This document shows, piece after piece, positions 1 through 16,331 of a stretch of 64,000 nt of DNA; within the stretch, counting starts at the first letter, position 1; each line of letters begins with the position of its first letter. The DNA is from the human T2T-CHM13v2.0 reference genome, Homo sapiens. The stretch is taken from the NCBI RefSeq assembly GCF_009914755.1, contig NC_060930.1; one strand, written 5' to 3'. The notes under the pieces were generated by a model that worked only from the letters and a program-made list of their open reading frames with translations, ran no database searches and was not told the origin of the DNA. Position numbers and translations under genes: made by a program.

Positions 1-256
1 TAATATGCTACTGAAAATAAGTTAGCAATTTATTTTCAATATATTTTGCCAATATTGGTCGGGAGTAGTGGAGTCAAGCTTCCTGAACTTGATATTCAGA
101 CATGAAAAAAGTATGCAAAACTGCTTCACAAATTTTTTAAAAAATCATTTTTGTCACCTGGACTGTGGCACTCCAGAACTTGGTTTTAATCTTAGCTAAG
201 AAGATCCCAAACATGAGGCCTCTTCAATTTTTATATATAAAAAAAGGAAATGCTGA

Positions 257-565
<309 letters not shown>

Positions 566-618
566 CCATACTTGTGTTTTTGCTTTTTTTCTATCTTCAA
601 TCTTTCCCTAAAGACAAC

Positions 619-875
619 TGTATTAGTCTGCTCAAGCTTCCATAAAAAGAAAAAAGTACTATAGAGTCGGTGGCTTAAATAACGGAATTTATTTTCTCAA
701 AGCTCTGGAGGCTTGAAGGGAGTATGCTAATTCTATTGGATAAAGGCCCCACCCTTATGACCTCATTTAAATTTAATTACCTCCAATAAAGTCTTTACCT
801 CCAAATATAGTCACAGGGGTTGGAGCTTTTAACATATGAATTTTGGGAGACACAAACATTCATTCTATAATAGCA
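619..875 (-). mobile_element. MaLR LTR (MLT1-type), partial
   Basis: tgtattagtctgctc...ggtggcttaaataacggaatttattttctc MaLR hallmarks. Confidence 0.75.
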
Positions 876-2559
876 CCTATGCGTATGCCTAGGAATGCAG
901 CTGACTTCCTACTGCCAATTCAAAATAAGAAACAGAAACTATGTGGTATCAGCCAGGGTGGGCATGGAAGAAAACTGAGAAGCATACAGTCACACCTACT
1001 TCCCTTTTAGGGAGTCCCTGTCACATCCTGCTCATCCTCCCATCATCTCCCTTCCATTATGTTTCCACAAACCCAAGCTTCCAAATGAAGGTGTTGGCTG
1101 ATATTACTTATTTAAGCCTCAAGGTCTTATTCTTTCTTAGGACGTTAGCATTTTCATCTGGAGATTCCTGAAGACAAAAAGGTATTTCAGGTACCTTTGA
1201 CAGATGATGGTATGGGAGATATTTGGGAGATGGGCGAGTATCTTATGGTTCTCTACTCATAGTTCCTTAACACACTCACTTTATTATTGAAGCTTGAGAG
1301 AAGCAGGGTGTTGCAGCAACAGACCAAGCCCCCAAGTGTTCATTAAAAAGAGAATTGAGCTCTCTAAAGAGGCAGATCATGGAGACAAGAACCACCATTA
1401 TTCCAGGGGACATCCAGAGACACAGCCCACACAAAAAATATATTCATATTAATCTATCTGGGAGGAAATTGGCATCATTAAGAAAATCTTGGAAAGCTCA
1501 AAATAAAAAAGAAAACTTTCTAGTTCAATATGGCAGATAGATGTATATCCAGCTCTCCTCTTTCCTGTGCATGGTCTTACTGGGGGGAAAAACTGTGAGG
1601 GGAGGCAAACAGGACATAAGAACAGACAAAAGAAAATAAACCATAACAACACAGGAAAATAAGAATGGACATCATTAATAGACCAATCATTTCAAAGAAT
1701 TCCTGGAAGATAGAAAGCAGATGGCATGGCTCTGACTGGAAAGGAAGAGAGGAAACTCATTTCCTAGAAAAAGGAAGAACAGCACTTTTGGTGACAGCAC
1801 TGGAGAAGCTCCAAGCCCTGAGCCAATGGATGCAAAGAGACAGAACCGGCCAAGGCACAATCGTTGGGGTGATCACCAAACGAAAAACAGATCTCAAGCT
1901 AAAGCCAGAGAACTGCTCTCTCAAGAGACGGAGATCTACCTCCATGGGGCCCTGGTGGCAGCACTGGGCCTGGGAGAAAAGGAGAGTCAACAGAGTCTGC
2001 GAATGCACAGCTCTGCCCTGGAATGAAATCTACTTTATTCTGAAGCACCACACCTCTAGGCAGAGCTCTCCTTCCAGTGGCTGCCTGGGGAGTGCTCACC
2101 CGTACACCCCAGAGGGAAACCTGACCAGACACCTCCCACTCATGCACTCAGATGCCACAGCAAGCCTCACATGAATCAATGAGTGGACAGCTACGTCAGA
2201 AAGCAGCCAAGTATCCTGATCAGTGGAGCCCCTCACAGATCAAAAGGAACAGGCAACCAAGGACTGCTAGACATTTGAGAAATTAAAAAAAAAAAAAAAA
2301 AAAGAACATGAAAAAGAAAGGCTATGATAAACAAATAGAAGATTAAAGGAACAAAGAAAAACTTTAAACCACAATTAATATCAATAATTAAAATAGTAAT
2401 TAGTATCTTTGGAAAAATTTGAAAGGATATTGCCTCCATAAAACAAAAATAGGCTGCTACAAATGAGGGGCAAAAATCAGAGAACAAGAAAAATTATTGG
2501 AAATTCAAAATAGGATTGTTAAAATTAAAACCTCAGTGAACAAGTGGAATAACTGTTGA

Positions 2560-3120
<561 letters not shown>

Positions 3121-3974
3121 CGTGGCTGAAGGCAAGTTACAGATTTGAAAGGTAGATGTGAGGACATTCCCCTAGTGTGCACATGAACACAAACACACAC
3201 ATACACGCACACACACAAAGACAAAGGAAAAGAAAATATGGGGCAATGTTAGAAGGCATAGGGGAGAGTCCAGAATTTTCATCATCTAGCTAAGAGGCAT
3301 TATAGGAAGAAAGAACAGAGACAATAGAGGGGAAGAAGTGAAGAAATAATAGAACAAAATTTCCTTTAAATGAAGAAAACCAGTCTTCAAATTAAAAGGG
3401 CCTACATAGTACAAGCAGGCAAGCAGGATATATGGCCTAGACATCTTGATAAAAGTTAAGAACTCCAAAAGTTCTTAAGGACATACCCTAAAATCTTCCA
3501 AAGAGAAAAAAAATAGGTTACCTTCAAAAGAACCAGAATCACAGAGCAGCATCATATTTCTCATAGGCATTAGTGGAACAACGAGGGCAATGGAGGAATT
3601 CAAAATTCTAAGGGGGATGAAGAGGATTGGTGAATGGGTACAAAATACAGTTAGAAGGAATAAGTTCCAGCGTTTGATAGCAAAGTAGGGTGACTATAGT
3701 TAACAATAATTTATTGTGCATTTCAAAATAGCTAAAAGAGAAGATCTGGAATGTTCCCAACATAAAGAAATGATAAATATTTGAGGTGAGAGGTGATGAT
3801 ATCCCAGTTATCCAAATTGATCATTATACATTGTATGCTTGTGTCAAAACATCACATGTACCCCATAAATGTGCACAATGATTATGTATCCACAAAAATC
3901 CATAAAAGTTAAAAACTTTAATATATACAATATAATACATCTTTAAATTCTAAAGAAAAATAATTTTGAATTTC

Positions 3975-4307
<333 letters not shown>

Positions 4308-4892
4308 TTGAATTTCTTTATTGCACAAACTATCTATCAAACATGTAAACAAAATCAACATATTTTTGAACATTTGAAAACTCAGAATATTATCACCTGC
4401 ATACAAATAAAAATTTTTTTGGAGGAGGTATTCCAGCAAAATGAAAAATGAATCCAAGAAAGAATGATGAAATACATGATATATAAGAAACAATAGCAGC
4501 TAAGTGTAATGCAGAAGAAGGAAAACATTGAGGAAAAAATAGAAAATGATCTATTAGAAGATAATTGGAAGAACCTTGTGCTGGGACCTTGACACTCAGA
4601 ATTCATCTGCACAGCTTCATATAGCCCCTACCCTCATCTCCTCTAGGGAAGGGGATGGAAAGGTGAAAATTACATTTCTCAACATCCCTGTACCTAAGGA
4701 TCTGAATGTTATTCAGGTTCTGCCAATGAAATGCATTCAAGTGAGATTTGGAAGTCGGACGTGAAGCCCTGACTCCCATATTTCCTTCTACATGCAATGT
4801 AATGTGGGCTGAACAATGGAACCTGGAGTGCGGTGCCACATGATCCTGTCCTATTCAAGATTTCTGCCCAGCCTTAAGAGTTGTACAATATG

Positions 4893-5060
4893 GTTAGGCT
4901 CTTCAGCCTGTAATCCCACCTACTCAGGAGGCTGAGGGAGGAAGATGGCTTGAGTCCAGGAGTTCAAGGCTACAGTGAGCTATAGCTGCACCACTGCATG
5001 CCAGCATGGGCAACAGAATGAGCTCCCCTCTCTAAAAAACAGAAACAATAAATAAAAGAA
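4893..5060 (+). mobile_element. Alu right monomer/FRAM-like
   Basis: cctgtaatcccacctactcaggaggctgag... Confidence 0.8.
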
Positions 5061-6217
5061 TTGTATAATACAGTACCCCATAACTTCTGTTTTTTTTATT
5101 TCTATAAAATTGTCTGCCAAATAGAACAAGAATAAAAATGGTGTTAGGAAAATTGCTTTTCAGATAAATGACAAAATTAGAATCCCAACTTCATACCATA
5201 TACAGTATAAATTTACATGAATTAAAGGCCTAAATGTGAAATGCAAAGCTTTAAAACTATTAAAAGTAAATGTAGCAGAAATATCTTTCTAACCACTGAT
5301 TAGGGATGGATTTATTAACAAGACCCAAAAAGCAAACATTATAAAGAATATATTTAAATATATATATGTGTATTCATTCTCAAATATTTATTGATACAAC
5401 TTGATAAACAGAGTCTATGGAAATCCATAGCTAACATCATATATAATTGTGAAAGCCTGAAAAGCTTTGCCCCTAAGATCAGGAAGAAGACAAGGATTTT
5501 GCTCTCACCACTTCTATCCAACATTGTACTGGAGGTTCTAGCCAGGCCAATTAGGAGAGAAAGCAAATAAAAGCATCCAGATTGGAAAGGAATGTGTAAA
5601 ACTATGTCTATTCACAGATAACATGATCTTATATATAGAAAATCCTAAGGAGTCCACAAAAATATGACTAGAGTTCAGCAAGGATGATATGAAAACAACA
5701 TACTAAAGTCAATTGTATTTCTACACATTAGGAATGAATGAGCTGAAAACAAAATTAAGAAAAGAATTCTGTATACTAACATACTAACAGCATCACAAAG
5801 AGTAAGTACTTAGGAATAAATTTAACAAAAGAAGTATAAGTCTTGTACAGTGGAGACTGTAAAACATCATCAAAAGAAGTAAAGACAACCTAAATGAATG
5901 GAAATAACTCAAATGCCCATAGGCTTAAAATGGATAAACATATCATGGTATTATATATCTATCCGGTGGAATATTATTTGGCAATAAAAAAGGAACGGCA
6001 TATCTACTACATCATGGATAAACCTTGACACCATTATGCTAAGTGAAAGAAATCAGACACAAGGACCACATTTTGTACCATTCTATTTACATGAAATGTC
6101 CAGAATACGCAAATCCATAGAGATAGAATGCAAATCAGTGGCTGCCAGTGGTGGGAAGGAATGGCATGTGACAGACTGTTTAAGCATCTGAGGATTTTTT
6201 AGAAGTGGTGAAAATGG

Positions 6218-6562
<345 letters not shown>

Positions 6563-8536
6563 CTACTGAATTTTATACTTTACATGGGTAAATGTTCTGA
6601 TATGGGAAATATATCTCAATGAAGCTAACATTTTAAAAAGAAAATGTATTGAACACCTATGTTTGCAGGGCACTATTCTAGTTTGTGAGGATATAGCAGT
6701 GAATAAAAAGGTTCCCTTTGGGAGTTTCCATTCCAGTGGAAGGGCCACATAAATTGTCCCAAGATACCCAAGGAATTTTGAGGTTTTATTGTGCAATTAG
6801 TTTTGGTAAACTGTGCAGAATAATGATGAAAAAGAGAATTTCCAGAAGCTAGGCGGCTTCTGGAACAAAAGTTCCAATTTGCAGGAAGGTAATAAGGTTA
6901 TTTACAGAAATGGCAAGTTAAGACCTAGGTGCCAAACTCCAGCAACATTCTAGAGTGAGTTATTGAACAGATAATTCATGAGCACTTCACAAAGACATTA
7001 GTGACCAATTTATAAGTGCGGTCTTAAAAAAAGCAGGGCAGGCCAGCAGAACTCAATTGTTTTTCTTTCTACTTTTCTATATTTTCCAAATTTTCCATAA
7101 TGATAACATGTAATATATCTTAGTAACAAAAGGGGACTTCACATACTTTTTAGATGGCTGTTGTTCCCATGTTGTTAGATCAACAGAATGCTGTAAGAAT
7201 TATGGGCTGGCAGGCTCTCCCAAGACATCCTTATGTGTACAGTGCAGAAATGCGCTGGGGATGATGTTACAATTAGAGATCACTGTCAACAGGTGGTAAT
7301 GTGCTACCTGATAACCTCCTGGTCAAAATTTCTGCTGAGGACTTAGTGCTCAGTCATAGCCATGGAAAGAATGAATTGGGAGGGAAGGTGATTAGGTCTT
7401 AGTGAGCATTTTCCCTCCCTCCCTTCCTTCTTTCCTTCTTTTTTTCCTCCCTCCTTCCCTCCTTTCCTCTCTCCCTTCCTTCCTTGTTTTCTTCTGAAAG
7501 ACATGATTATGGTCTGATAAACAGAGGTCAGAATTAGGGAACAAATGATACAGTGAGGAATTCACAGCAAGGGCCTACCTAGGTCATGAGCTGTGGCCCT
7601 AGCAGAATAAAGAAATGAACACGATGTGTAGCCTGAAAACTGGAATTTACCTCAAGCACCAAAGTAACCTTTCCTACTCCGTAAATGGGAAAAGAGGCCA
7701 GGACTTCCAGCAATCTTCTTACTGGTTTCAGTTCAGGGACTAACATTATGGTCTTAAAAGTACAGATAATTATCTAATGAACTGTTAATTAATCCACAGA
7801 AGACAATCTAGAAGAGGAATATTTGTGTGCATCATTTATAGTCACTATTCAAAAATTATTAAATTACTCATATAACAGCATAAATGTTCACCAGAAGAAT
7901 GCTGAAGACATGTCCTGAATGTAGGAGCCTCCTTCCAAATACTGCCTATTCTAGGGCAAAATGAACTGAGTAATTGTGCTAATGAAAAGTTAGACATTAT
8001 TCATCATTGCTTCCAGGTTTTATATTATTTCAAGCACACGTAGTGCTGGAAAGCATGTCCTAATAATTACAGAACATGGGCAATAAAAACATCCTATAAT
8101 GGCATTTAGCTTCCTAAATCACCATATTTTTAAAAATCTAAACTTCCTAAATAAGTAAATTTGTGGACTGTTGCTTTTATAGACCTTGTTTTAGAGTAAG
8201 TACTGGTTAGAAATATCAGGTATTGTAATTTTCCCACCTTTTTAAGAATTTTTTTGCTTTCCGTTCAATAATTTTTCTAAGGAACCTTATGTTTTTCTGT
8301 TTTTCTAGCCTGTAAGTTCTCTTTAAAGTGTTTTTATTTTAATATGTCACATTTGATTCTGAAAGAATTCATGAGACACACTTGTAAGTTTTAAAGTGCA
8401 ACTGCCCTGTGGGTTTTTAAAAGATCTGACCAGGTCCAGAACACCTGTCCATTTCCGTTCCCCCATCAGGTTCTCACTGCAGTGCTTTTTTCTTTCTTTC
8501 TTTCTTTTTTTTAATACAACCCTTGCATTTACCATC

Positions 8537-8985
8537 TGAATTAGTTTCCTAGGGCTACTGTAACAAAGTACAGCAAACTAAGCACCGGAAAACAACAGAA
8601 ATGTTTTGTAGTCTCCCACAGTTCTGGAAGCTGGAAGTTGGAAATCAACGCATCAGCTGGGCCATGTCCCTCTGAGAGTCTGATCAGAATCCTTCTTTGT
8701 CCCTTCCTAGCTTCTGATGGTGGCCGTCAATCCTCGACGTTCCTTTGCTTGCAGCTGCATCCCTCCAATCTGTCCCTCTATTGTCACATGGAGCTCTCCT
8801 TGTGTGCCTCTGGGTCAAAATTTTCCTCTTATAAGGGCACCAGTCGCAGCGGATAAAGGGCCCTCTCATAACCTCTTCTTGATACCATCCGCAGAAACCT
8901 TATTTTTACATAAGGTCACATTCACAGGTATTGGGGGTTAGGACTGAAAGCATCTTTTGTGGGGACACCACGCAACCCATAACAC
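8537..8985 (-). mobile_element. MaLR LTR (MLT1C/B-like)
   Basis: ttagtttcctagggctactgtaacaaagtac...ataaggtcacattcacaggtattggggg. Confidence 0.8.
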
Positions 8986-9206
8986 CATTGTTTGTACTTT
9001 TCAAAAGAAAAGCTTCCTGAAATTTGCCTGTCCTGTCCCATTAGCGACTGCATGAAGTACCTAGAGCAGACAGTATTTTCTAAGTTTAAGGTGAAAAACG
9101 CCATCTACCTTATAGTGAGACAAAATAACAACTCGAGCCTTTACACACTAGGGGTTTTCTTTCATCTCTGACCAAAGGAAGTCAGCCAATGATGGAATCA
9201 ATGACA

Positions 9207-9755
<549 letters not shown>

Positions 9756-9889
9756 TTACAGAACCTTGGAGAGGTACACCCCAGGAGAAATGTGCTTTTA
9801 TTGGCTGCATCTCTCTGCCTGGGCTCTAGCACACTGTCTGAATGGAGGCTGAGTGAATGAAATAAATCCTTCTTTAAATAGCGTGACAA

Positions 9890-10201
<312 letters not shown>

Positions 10202-10204
10202 TTA

Positions 10205-10553
<349 letters not shown>

Positions 10554-10656
10554 TTAGTCATTATAAATTGTACATTCCTAGAAAAAAATTATAAACAAAT
10601 CATGCCAACAAATGGCTGCTTTTCTTCTTTTAGATTCTCGTTCCATTTATTCAATT

Positions 10657-10704
10657 GTGTGTATATGTATATATATATATATATATATACATATACACAC
10701 ACAC
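10657..10704. repeat. (TA)n/(CA)n microsatellite
   Basis: Read directly. Confidence 0.9.
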
Positions 10705-13462
10705 AAACTTTAGTACAGCTATCATCTTAGAGTTGTATAATACTTTCATTCAATATTTTATCACAAAAATTATCCTTCATTGTTATATTTTTTATAATTT
10801 GTTTGCAACATTCCATTGATTATTACAATTTACTTCATCATTTCTTTGTTTCCAACTTGGGATGTTTATAAATAATGCTGGAGTGAAATGCTTCTGCAGG
10901 CTCAGAAAAGGGCAAGCTGCAGCTTTTGTATCTGAAGGGAATGGAAACAGCCCAAAGAGGGCCTCTTTCAGAGATCCAAACAGATTGTCTGCATAGCATT
11001 GTCCTACAGGCTGTTAAGAACGAGCTGTATTTATAGGTTGTCCCATTTATGGTTTACTGAGTGAGGAAACTAAGCTGGCAAAGCCCTGCTTTTTAGAGCC
11101 AGTGAACTCACAAAAGATGCAGCCATAATATATTCCTAGTTCAATTTAGCCAGTGGGGCAGCTAGGGAAGTTCTCCTCTTTTATGATTCCTCTTTCCTTG
11201 CCGTATCAGCCACTACTTTGACAAAACCTGTCTTCGCCAAGGCAGCCTTCAGCTTCAGCGGTGAATGCAGGCCATGGGTCTACCTCCTGAGCACCTCTCC
11301 AGGAGTCACAGAAACAGCGCTAGAAAGGAAGGAGGGGATTTCCCACTCATTGGGAGGGTCAACTTGATAAAACAGATAAGAGAACAATTGAAAGGAGCAA
11401 TAGGTGGCATGTAGTGAAGGAGTATACGTTGGGAGAAAGAAATGGTAAGAAACAAATATGCACCAATTGCTATGGTAAATTTTACCATCTTTTCCACAGT
11501 CTTAGATTAATGCACTGTCTTACAGCCCTTGTATTACAACATAACACCACAGTTTTCTACTCCTGGGAACACTGTCCCTACATTAGGAAAAACAATTTTA
11601 GAAGGTGAAACCTTGAGTGTACACCATGTGGCTTTAAATATTCCCCCTAATTATGGAAACAACTTAGCTTTCAAATGGCTCAGCACTTTTATTTCTCCCT
11701 AAATTCAATTCTTATCTAATGGGGTCACCACTGCTATCTAAGTAGGTGCTTTGCCTTGTGCTATAGTAAGTAAATTATCACCTTTAGAAAACATGCCCCA
11801 AGGAAGGCTAGAGAAAGTGCAGACACCCCCGCCAACGACTATGCAGCCCGCCCAGCCAGGGCTCTGCCCTCTCCAGGCCCAGAGGCTGGATGCTTTGTAT
11901 GTCAGTGAAAATAAATCTGCTTTGTGCCAAATTCTGAAGACAGCTGGTGATTACTAACCTTTAGTATCAGGCAACTGTTCATAAACCTGAGATTGTCCCA
12001 TCTTTCAATTCTTATCAGCAGACCTATGATCAGCTAGTAAAAAGTTTTCCTTTAGAATTTAACTTTCAGGCATTAAGTAAATAATTGTTTGCTTTTTCCC
12101 TATGAAGGAAGAGGAGCAAAATGGAAAGAAGGTAGAATATTGTCAATTAACAATCCATCCTATTAATAATCAGGAAATAAGTGGTTTATAATATTCATCA
12201 TCGCCATTATCAAAATAATAGTCATTTATAATAGTTCTTTGTATCACAAGGCAATTTTACATATATCGCATTAGTTGAGCATCCCAATACCACCAGAGGT
12301 AAGACAAATATTGTTATCTCCAACAGGTATATAGAATATTCTAGCTGAATCGGTTGAAGCTCTGTGGCTCACCATTCAGAAGTTGTTTCCAGTTTCTCCC
12401 AAACAATTTTCTAAGTATCAATGAGTAAGGAATATAAAAGATGAAAATGAGTCTGGTCTTTCTTAATTTCAGCACTTTCTCTCGCCAAAGCAGTTGATAA
12501 ATCATTCATGAGGCACACTTCTCCACTCCTTACTGCCTGGGCCTGGGGAGTGGTACAGAAAAGAAAGCAGTTCTAAAAGTAACCTGCAGAGATGACTTGC
12601 CTAGCTGCTCCTGCACCTACAAAACGGTCTCAAACTGCAAAATCCTCATCAACAAAGAAAGAGATAGAGTGAAGGAAATAAGACAGCACATGCAGCTAGA
12701 GGCCAAGTCAACAAAGTAAAACTCTGGCAGTTTTTCAGTACTATTAGTCTATGCTCTGACTTTCTCCACTGAAAGTGGATAAACCTGTGCCAATCAACAC
12801 AGAGGATTACTGATAAATATGCTGGCAACAGAGATAATGCTTTACAATTGTGGGATAAAATGACTCCCTATTAGGAGATCAAGTAGAATTAAGGGAAACA
12901 TAATCCAGCATTGGTTTTTAAACACAAGAAGGGCATTCTTGAGGAACAGGGAGGAAGCAGATTCTGTGGGGCTCTAAAGGGAGGGCCAGGGACCAGCTGG
13001 GAGAAAATACAGGCAAGGAAGATATTCCAAACCCTCCTTTTTCAACTTCCTAGGAGTCAGATTATTGGGGAGCTGCTGGAAAGATAATACAAGATTTTTT
13101 TCATACTCAAACTCATCAAACTAATAAAAAAATCAGCATTGCAGTAACACTGTGAGGCTGGTGAAGGGTTAGCAAAGTTCTCAGAAGCAACAGTATCTCT
13201 GCATATGCAGACAAATATACAGGTAGAAGGTGCACTAATCAGGGAGATCCCATTCCCAGGCAGGACCAAAAGCATTCCCAATATGCAAGAGGACTTATGG
13301 CATGACAGAGAAGCTCTTTTTAAACATAATCATAAAACTGTACTGGGAAAGATAATTAAAGATATGAATAAAGGGAATGTGAAACCTCATTCAACTTGGG
13401 AGGACAATACATATTAAAGATAACAATATGTTACGTTAACAGAGAAACAAAGAGTGAATTAA

Positions 13463-13597
13463 GGGCCAGGCTCAGTGGCTCATGCCTGGAATCCCAGCAC
13501 TTTGAGAGGCCAAGGCAGGAGGATCACTTGAGGCCAGGAGTTTGGGATCAGCCTGGCCAACATAGTGAGATGCTATTTCTATATTTAAAAAAAAAAA
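13463..13597 (+). mobile_element. Alu left monomer (FLAM-like)
   Basis: Single monomer with A tail, TSD-like agagtgaattaa/agaatgaattaa. Confidence 0.85.
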
Positions 13598-14705
13598 TTA
13601 GAAGAATGAATTAAAACTCAACAGAATGCTTTAAAATACTTAATGAAATTTATTTGAAAACATAAACCAGCAAAAATATAAAAGGATATTTGGGAAATGA
13701 GAATAAAAGGTAATGATAAATTTAATACTTATTAGAACAAAAAATTATTAGATCAAAAAAATCTTCTAAAATGTAAAACCCCAAATGACTTTTTATTCGG
13801 ACTTATTCTACAACAAACTAGGAATAATAAAACTACAGGATGAGAATTACTACTTAACAAATGCTGTCATGACAACTGTATACTACCACTAGAAAGAAAA
13901 TTTACTTGGATGCTCAAAAGACAAACAAAAAATTAATGTGAATAGTAAAGAAAAAAGAGGGAGAAGGAGGGAAATACAATATTAGTTTCAAACACAGGAA
14001 CAAAATTATTTTGGATCAATTAAGGAATTAGATATTATCAAAGGCAAGATAAATAAACACAAAAAAATAGTCAAGTTCCACAGAGTAAAAAGTAGCATTC
14101 TCCAAATAGCATTTATTTAACACCTGTCATGAAGGAATGAAAGCGCTAAATGTTAGGAATACAGAGATGAATAAAGCAGGTTTGACAGAACTTCTACCAG
14201 CCTGGCAGACTAACATATGGAGCCACCTTTCAACAAACACATGGCCAGGCAGAATAAAATACAAGCACACCTCGAAACACACACTACCTTGATTCAAGTG
14301 AGTTCTACAACATGTCTTATTTAATCTACTGTAGTCTCTTTTTCTGTCATGTATTCTATGTACTAGAGAAAAGTTTGACCCATAATGGGTGACAAAAGAT
14401 GTACAAGTAATATTTCCAGATCTATCAAAACCAGAGAAAGAGCATCACAATGAATATTAAAATGTAAGTTTTAATGTGGCTCAAAGTGTGTATTTTCATG
14501 GGAAATAGTCAAGAAGCAAACAGTAAATATCAGCTGATATAAGAGGCAGAATTCCAAAATGGCCCCACAATTCTGACACCGTGTTAGTCCCATGATTACA
14601 TTATAGTAGATAGCAAAAGGGATTTTGCAGATATAATTAAGGTTACTAAACAGTTGGCTTAAAGATAGGGAGATTGTCCAAATAGTCCTAACCGGTCATA
14701 TGAGC

Positions 14706-15487
14706 TGTAAACCAAAAGGTATCTAATACAGGTCTCAATCAATTTAAAAGTTTATTTTGCCAAGGTTAAGGATATGCCTGGAAGAAAAAAGAACAAAATC
14801 ACAGAAATAGTCTGTGGTCTGTGCCTTTCTCCGAAGATGATTTTGAGAGCTTCAATATTTAAAGGGGAAAACCTGGCTAGAGGGGAAAGAGGGAGGATAT
14901 GGTAATCCACATGTTCCAAGGGAAAAGAAACATGTAAGGGAACAGTCAATTATGTATTTCTCTCAAGCTCTGCAAATCAGCACTTTACATAAGATAAGGT
15001 GAGCTTAGAGCAGCTACCTGTGGAGCTATTTAATTTTTTATCTGTAGCTATCTGCTTAGGAACAAAAGGAAAGGCAGTTTATTTTCTTTCTTTCTTTTTT
15101 TTTTTTTTGAAATGGAGTTTCACTATTGTTGCCCAGGCTAGAGTTCAATGGTGTGATCTTAGCTCACTGCAACCTCCACCTCCTGGGTTCACCTCCACCT
15201 CCGCCTCAGCCTCCTGAGTAGCTGGGATTAGAGGTGCACGCCACCACACCCAACTAATTTTTGTATTTTTAGTAGAGATGGGGTTTCACCATGTTGGAAG
15301 GCTGGTCTCAAGCTCCTGACCTCAGGTGACCCAATCGCCTTGGCCTCCCAAAGTGCTGGGATTACAGACATGAGCCACCACACCTGGCCAGGAAAGGCAG
15401 TTTCTTGTAGGACTCAGCTTTTGGCTTAATTTTTTTTTTATTTCAGCATAGTGAATTTCTGTCCTCAGTTTTTGTTTTCCTTTCAGA
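14706..15487 (-). mobile_element. ERV1 MER4-group solo LTR (MER83/84-like) containing an Alu
   Basis: tgtaaaccaaaaggtatct...gtttattttgccaaggttaagg terminus typical of MER4-group LTRs. Confidence 0.7.
15086..15389 (-). mobile_element. AluS
   Basis: Dimer, TSD ggaaaggcagtt. Confidence 0.93.
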
Positions 15488-16331
15488 GAATGCTTTAAAA
15501 GCAGAGTGTTTTCTCCAGTTGATAATACAAGGAGAAGTCAGAGAGAAGATATTCAATATGAGAGAAATCTTCCATTCCTGGCTTTGAAGATGGAGGGGTC
15601 CATGTGGAAAGAACCCAAAAGCAGCTTACAGGAGCTGAGAGTAACCCTCAGTGGATATTCAGCAATAAATGGGGACATCAGTCCTACAACCCCAAGGAAC
15701 TGGATTCTGCCAACAACCAAAATGAGCTTGGACACAGATTCCTCCCCAGAGCCTCCAGAGGAGACTGCTTTCAACTGAAAACTTGATTTGGCTCTAGTGA
15801 GACACAAATAAATGCTAATAAATGGGTGTTAAGCAACTAAGTTTGTGGCAAGTTGTTCCGTAGCAATAGCAAACTAATGCAACAGGCAAGTGGGTAGGCA
15901 TCTTCTGACATTATGAAATATTATGAAAGAATAACAAACACCACTGCAGCCTAGAACGACTAATGAATCACGTAAATAAGGGCTAAAAGAAACCAGAGGC
16001 ATGTCAATGAGAGACTAAAAACAAATGGAAGAAAGATTGCCAAGATATGCCTCTTTATGGGGACTTTGTTTTAACAACCTGTGGAGTATTAATTTACAGC
16101 TTCCATTTCCAGGATAAATGGAACATATATACATGCAACCACAAAACACTTTGAATACATACCTACGCCCCAAAGAAAGGGAATCTCTAGGTGTCAGAGA
16201 TCCAAGAAAAACCAAAGCCAAAACAGGTATCAACAGATGACATTGTGGGTTTCCCACAGGATTTTAGGATCTGAACATAGGCCCTAGCAGCAAGCACTGG
16301 GCATTCAATGACCACTTTGGAACGGGATATA

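Larger units (their letters stand above)
14535..15880 (+). mobile_element. MaLR MLT1 LTR interrupted by an ERV1 LTR
   Basis: cagaattccaaaatggcccc...gattttgcagatataattaagg and ggaactggattctgccaacaacc...aactaatgca. Confidence 0.75.

Noticed and set aside
1665-2174. 169-aa plus-strand ORF
   Set aside because: No recognisable domain; antisense within KIAA0319 intron 1 next to degenerate L1 sequence; overlapping ORFs in several frames suggest chance.
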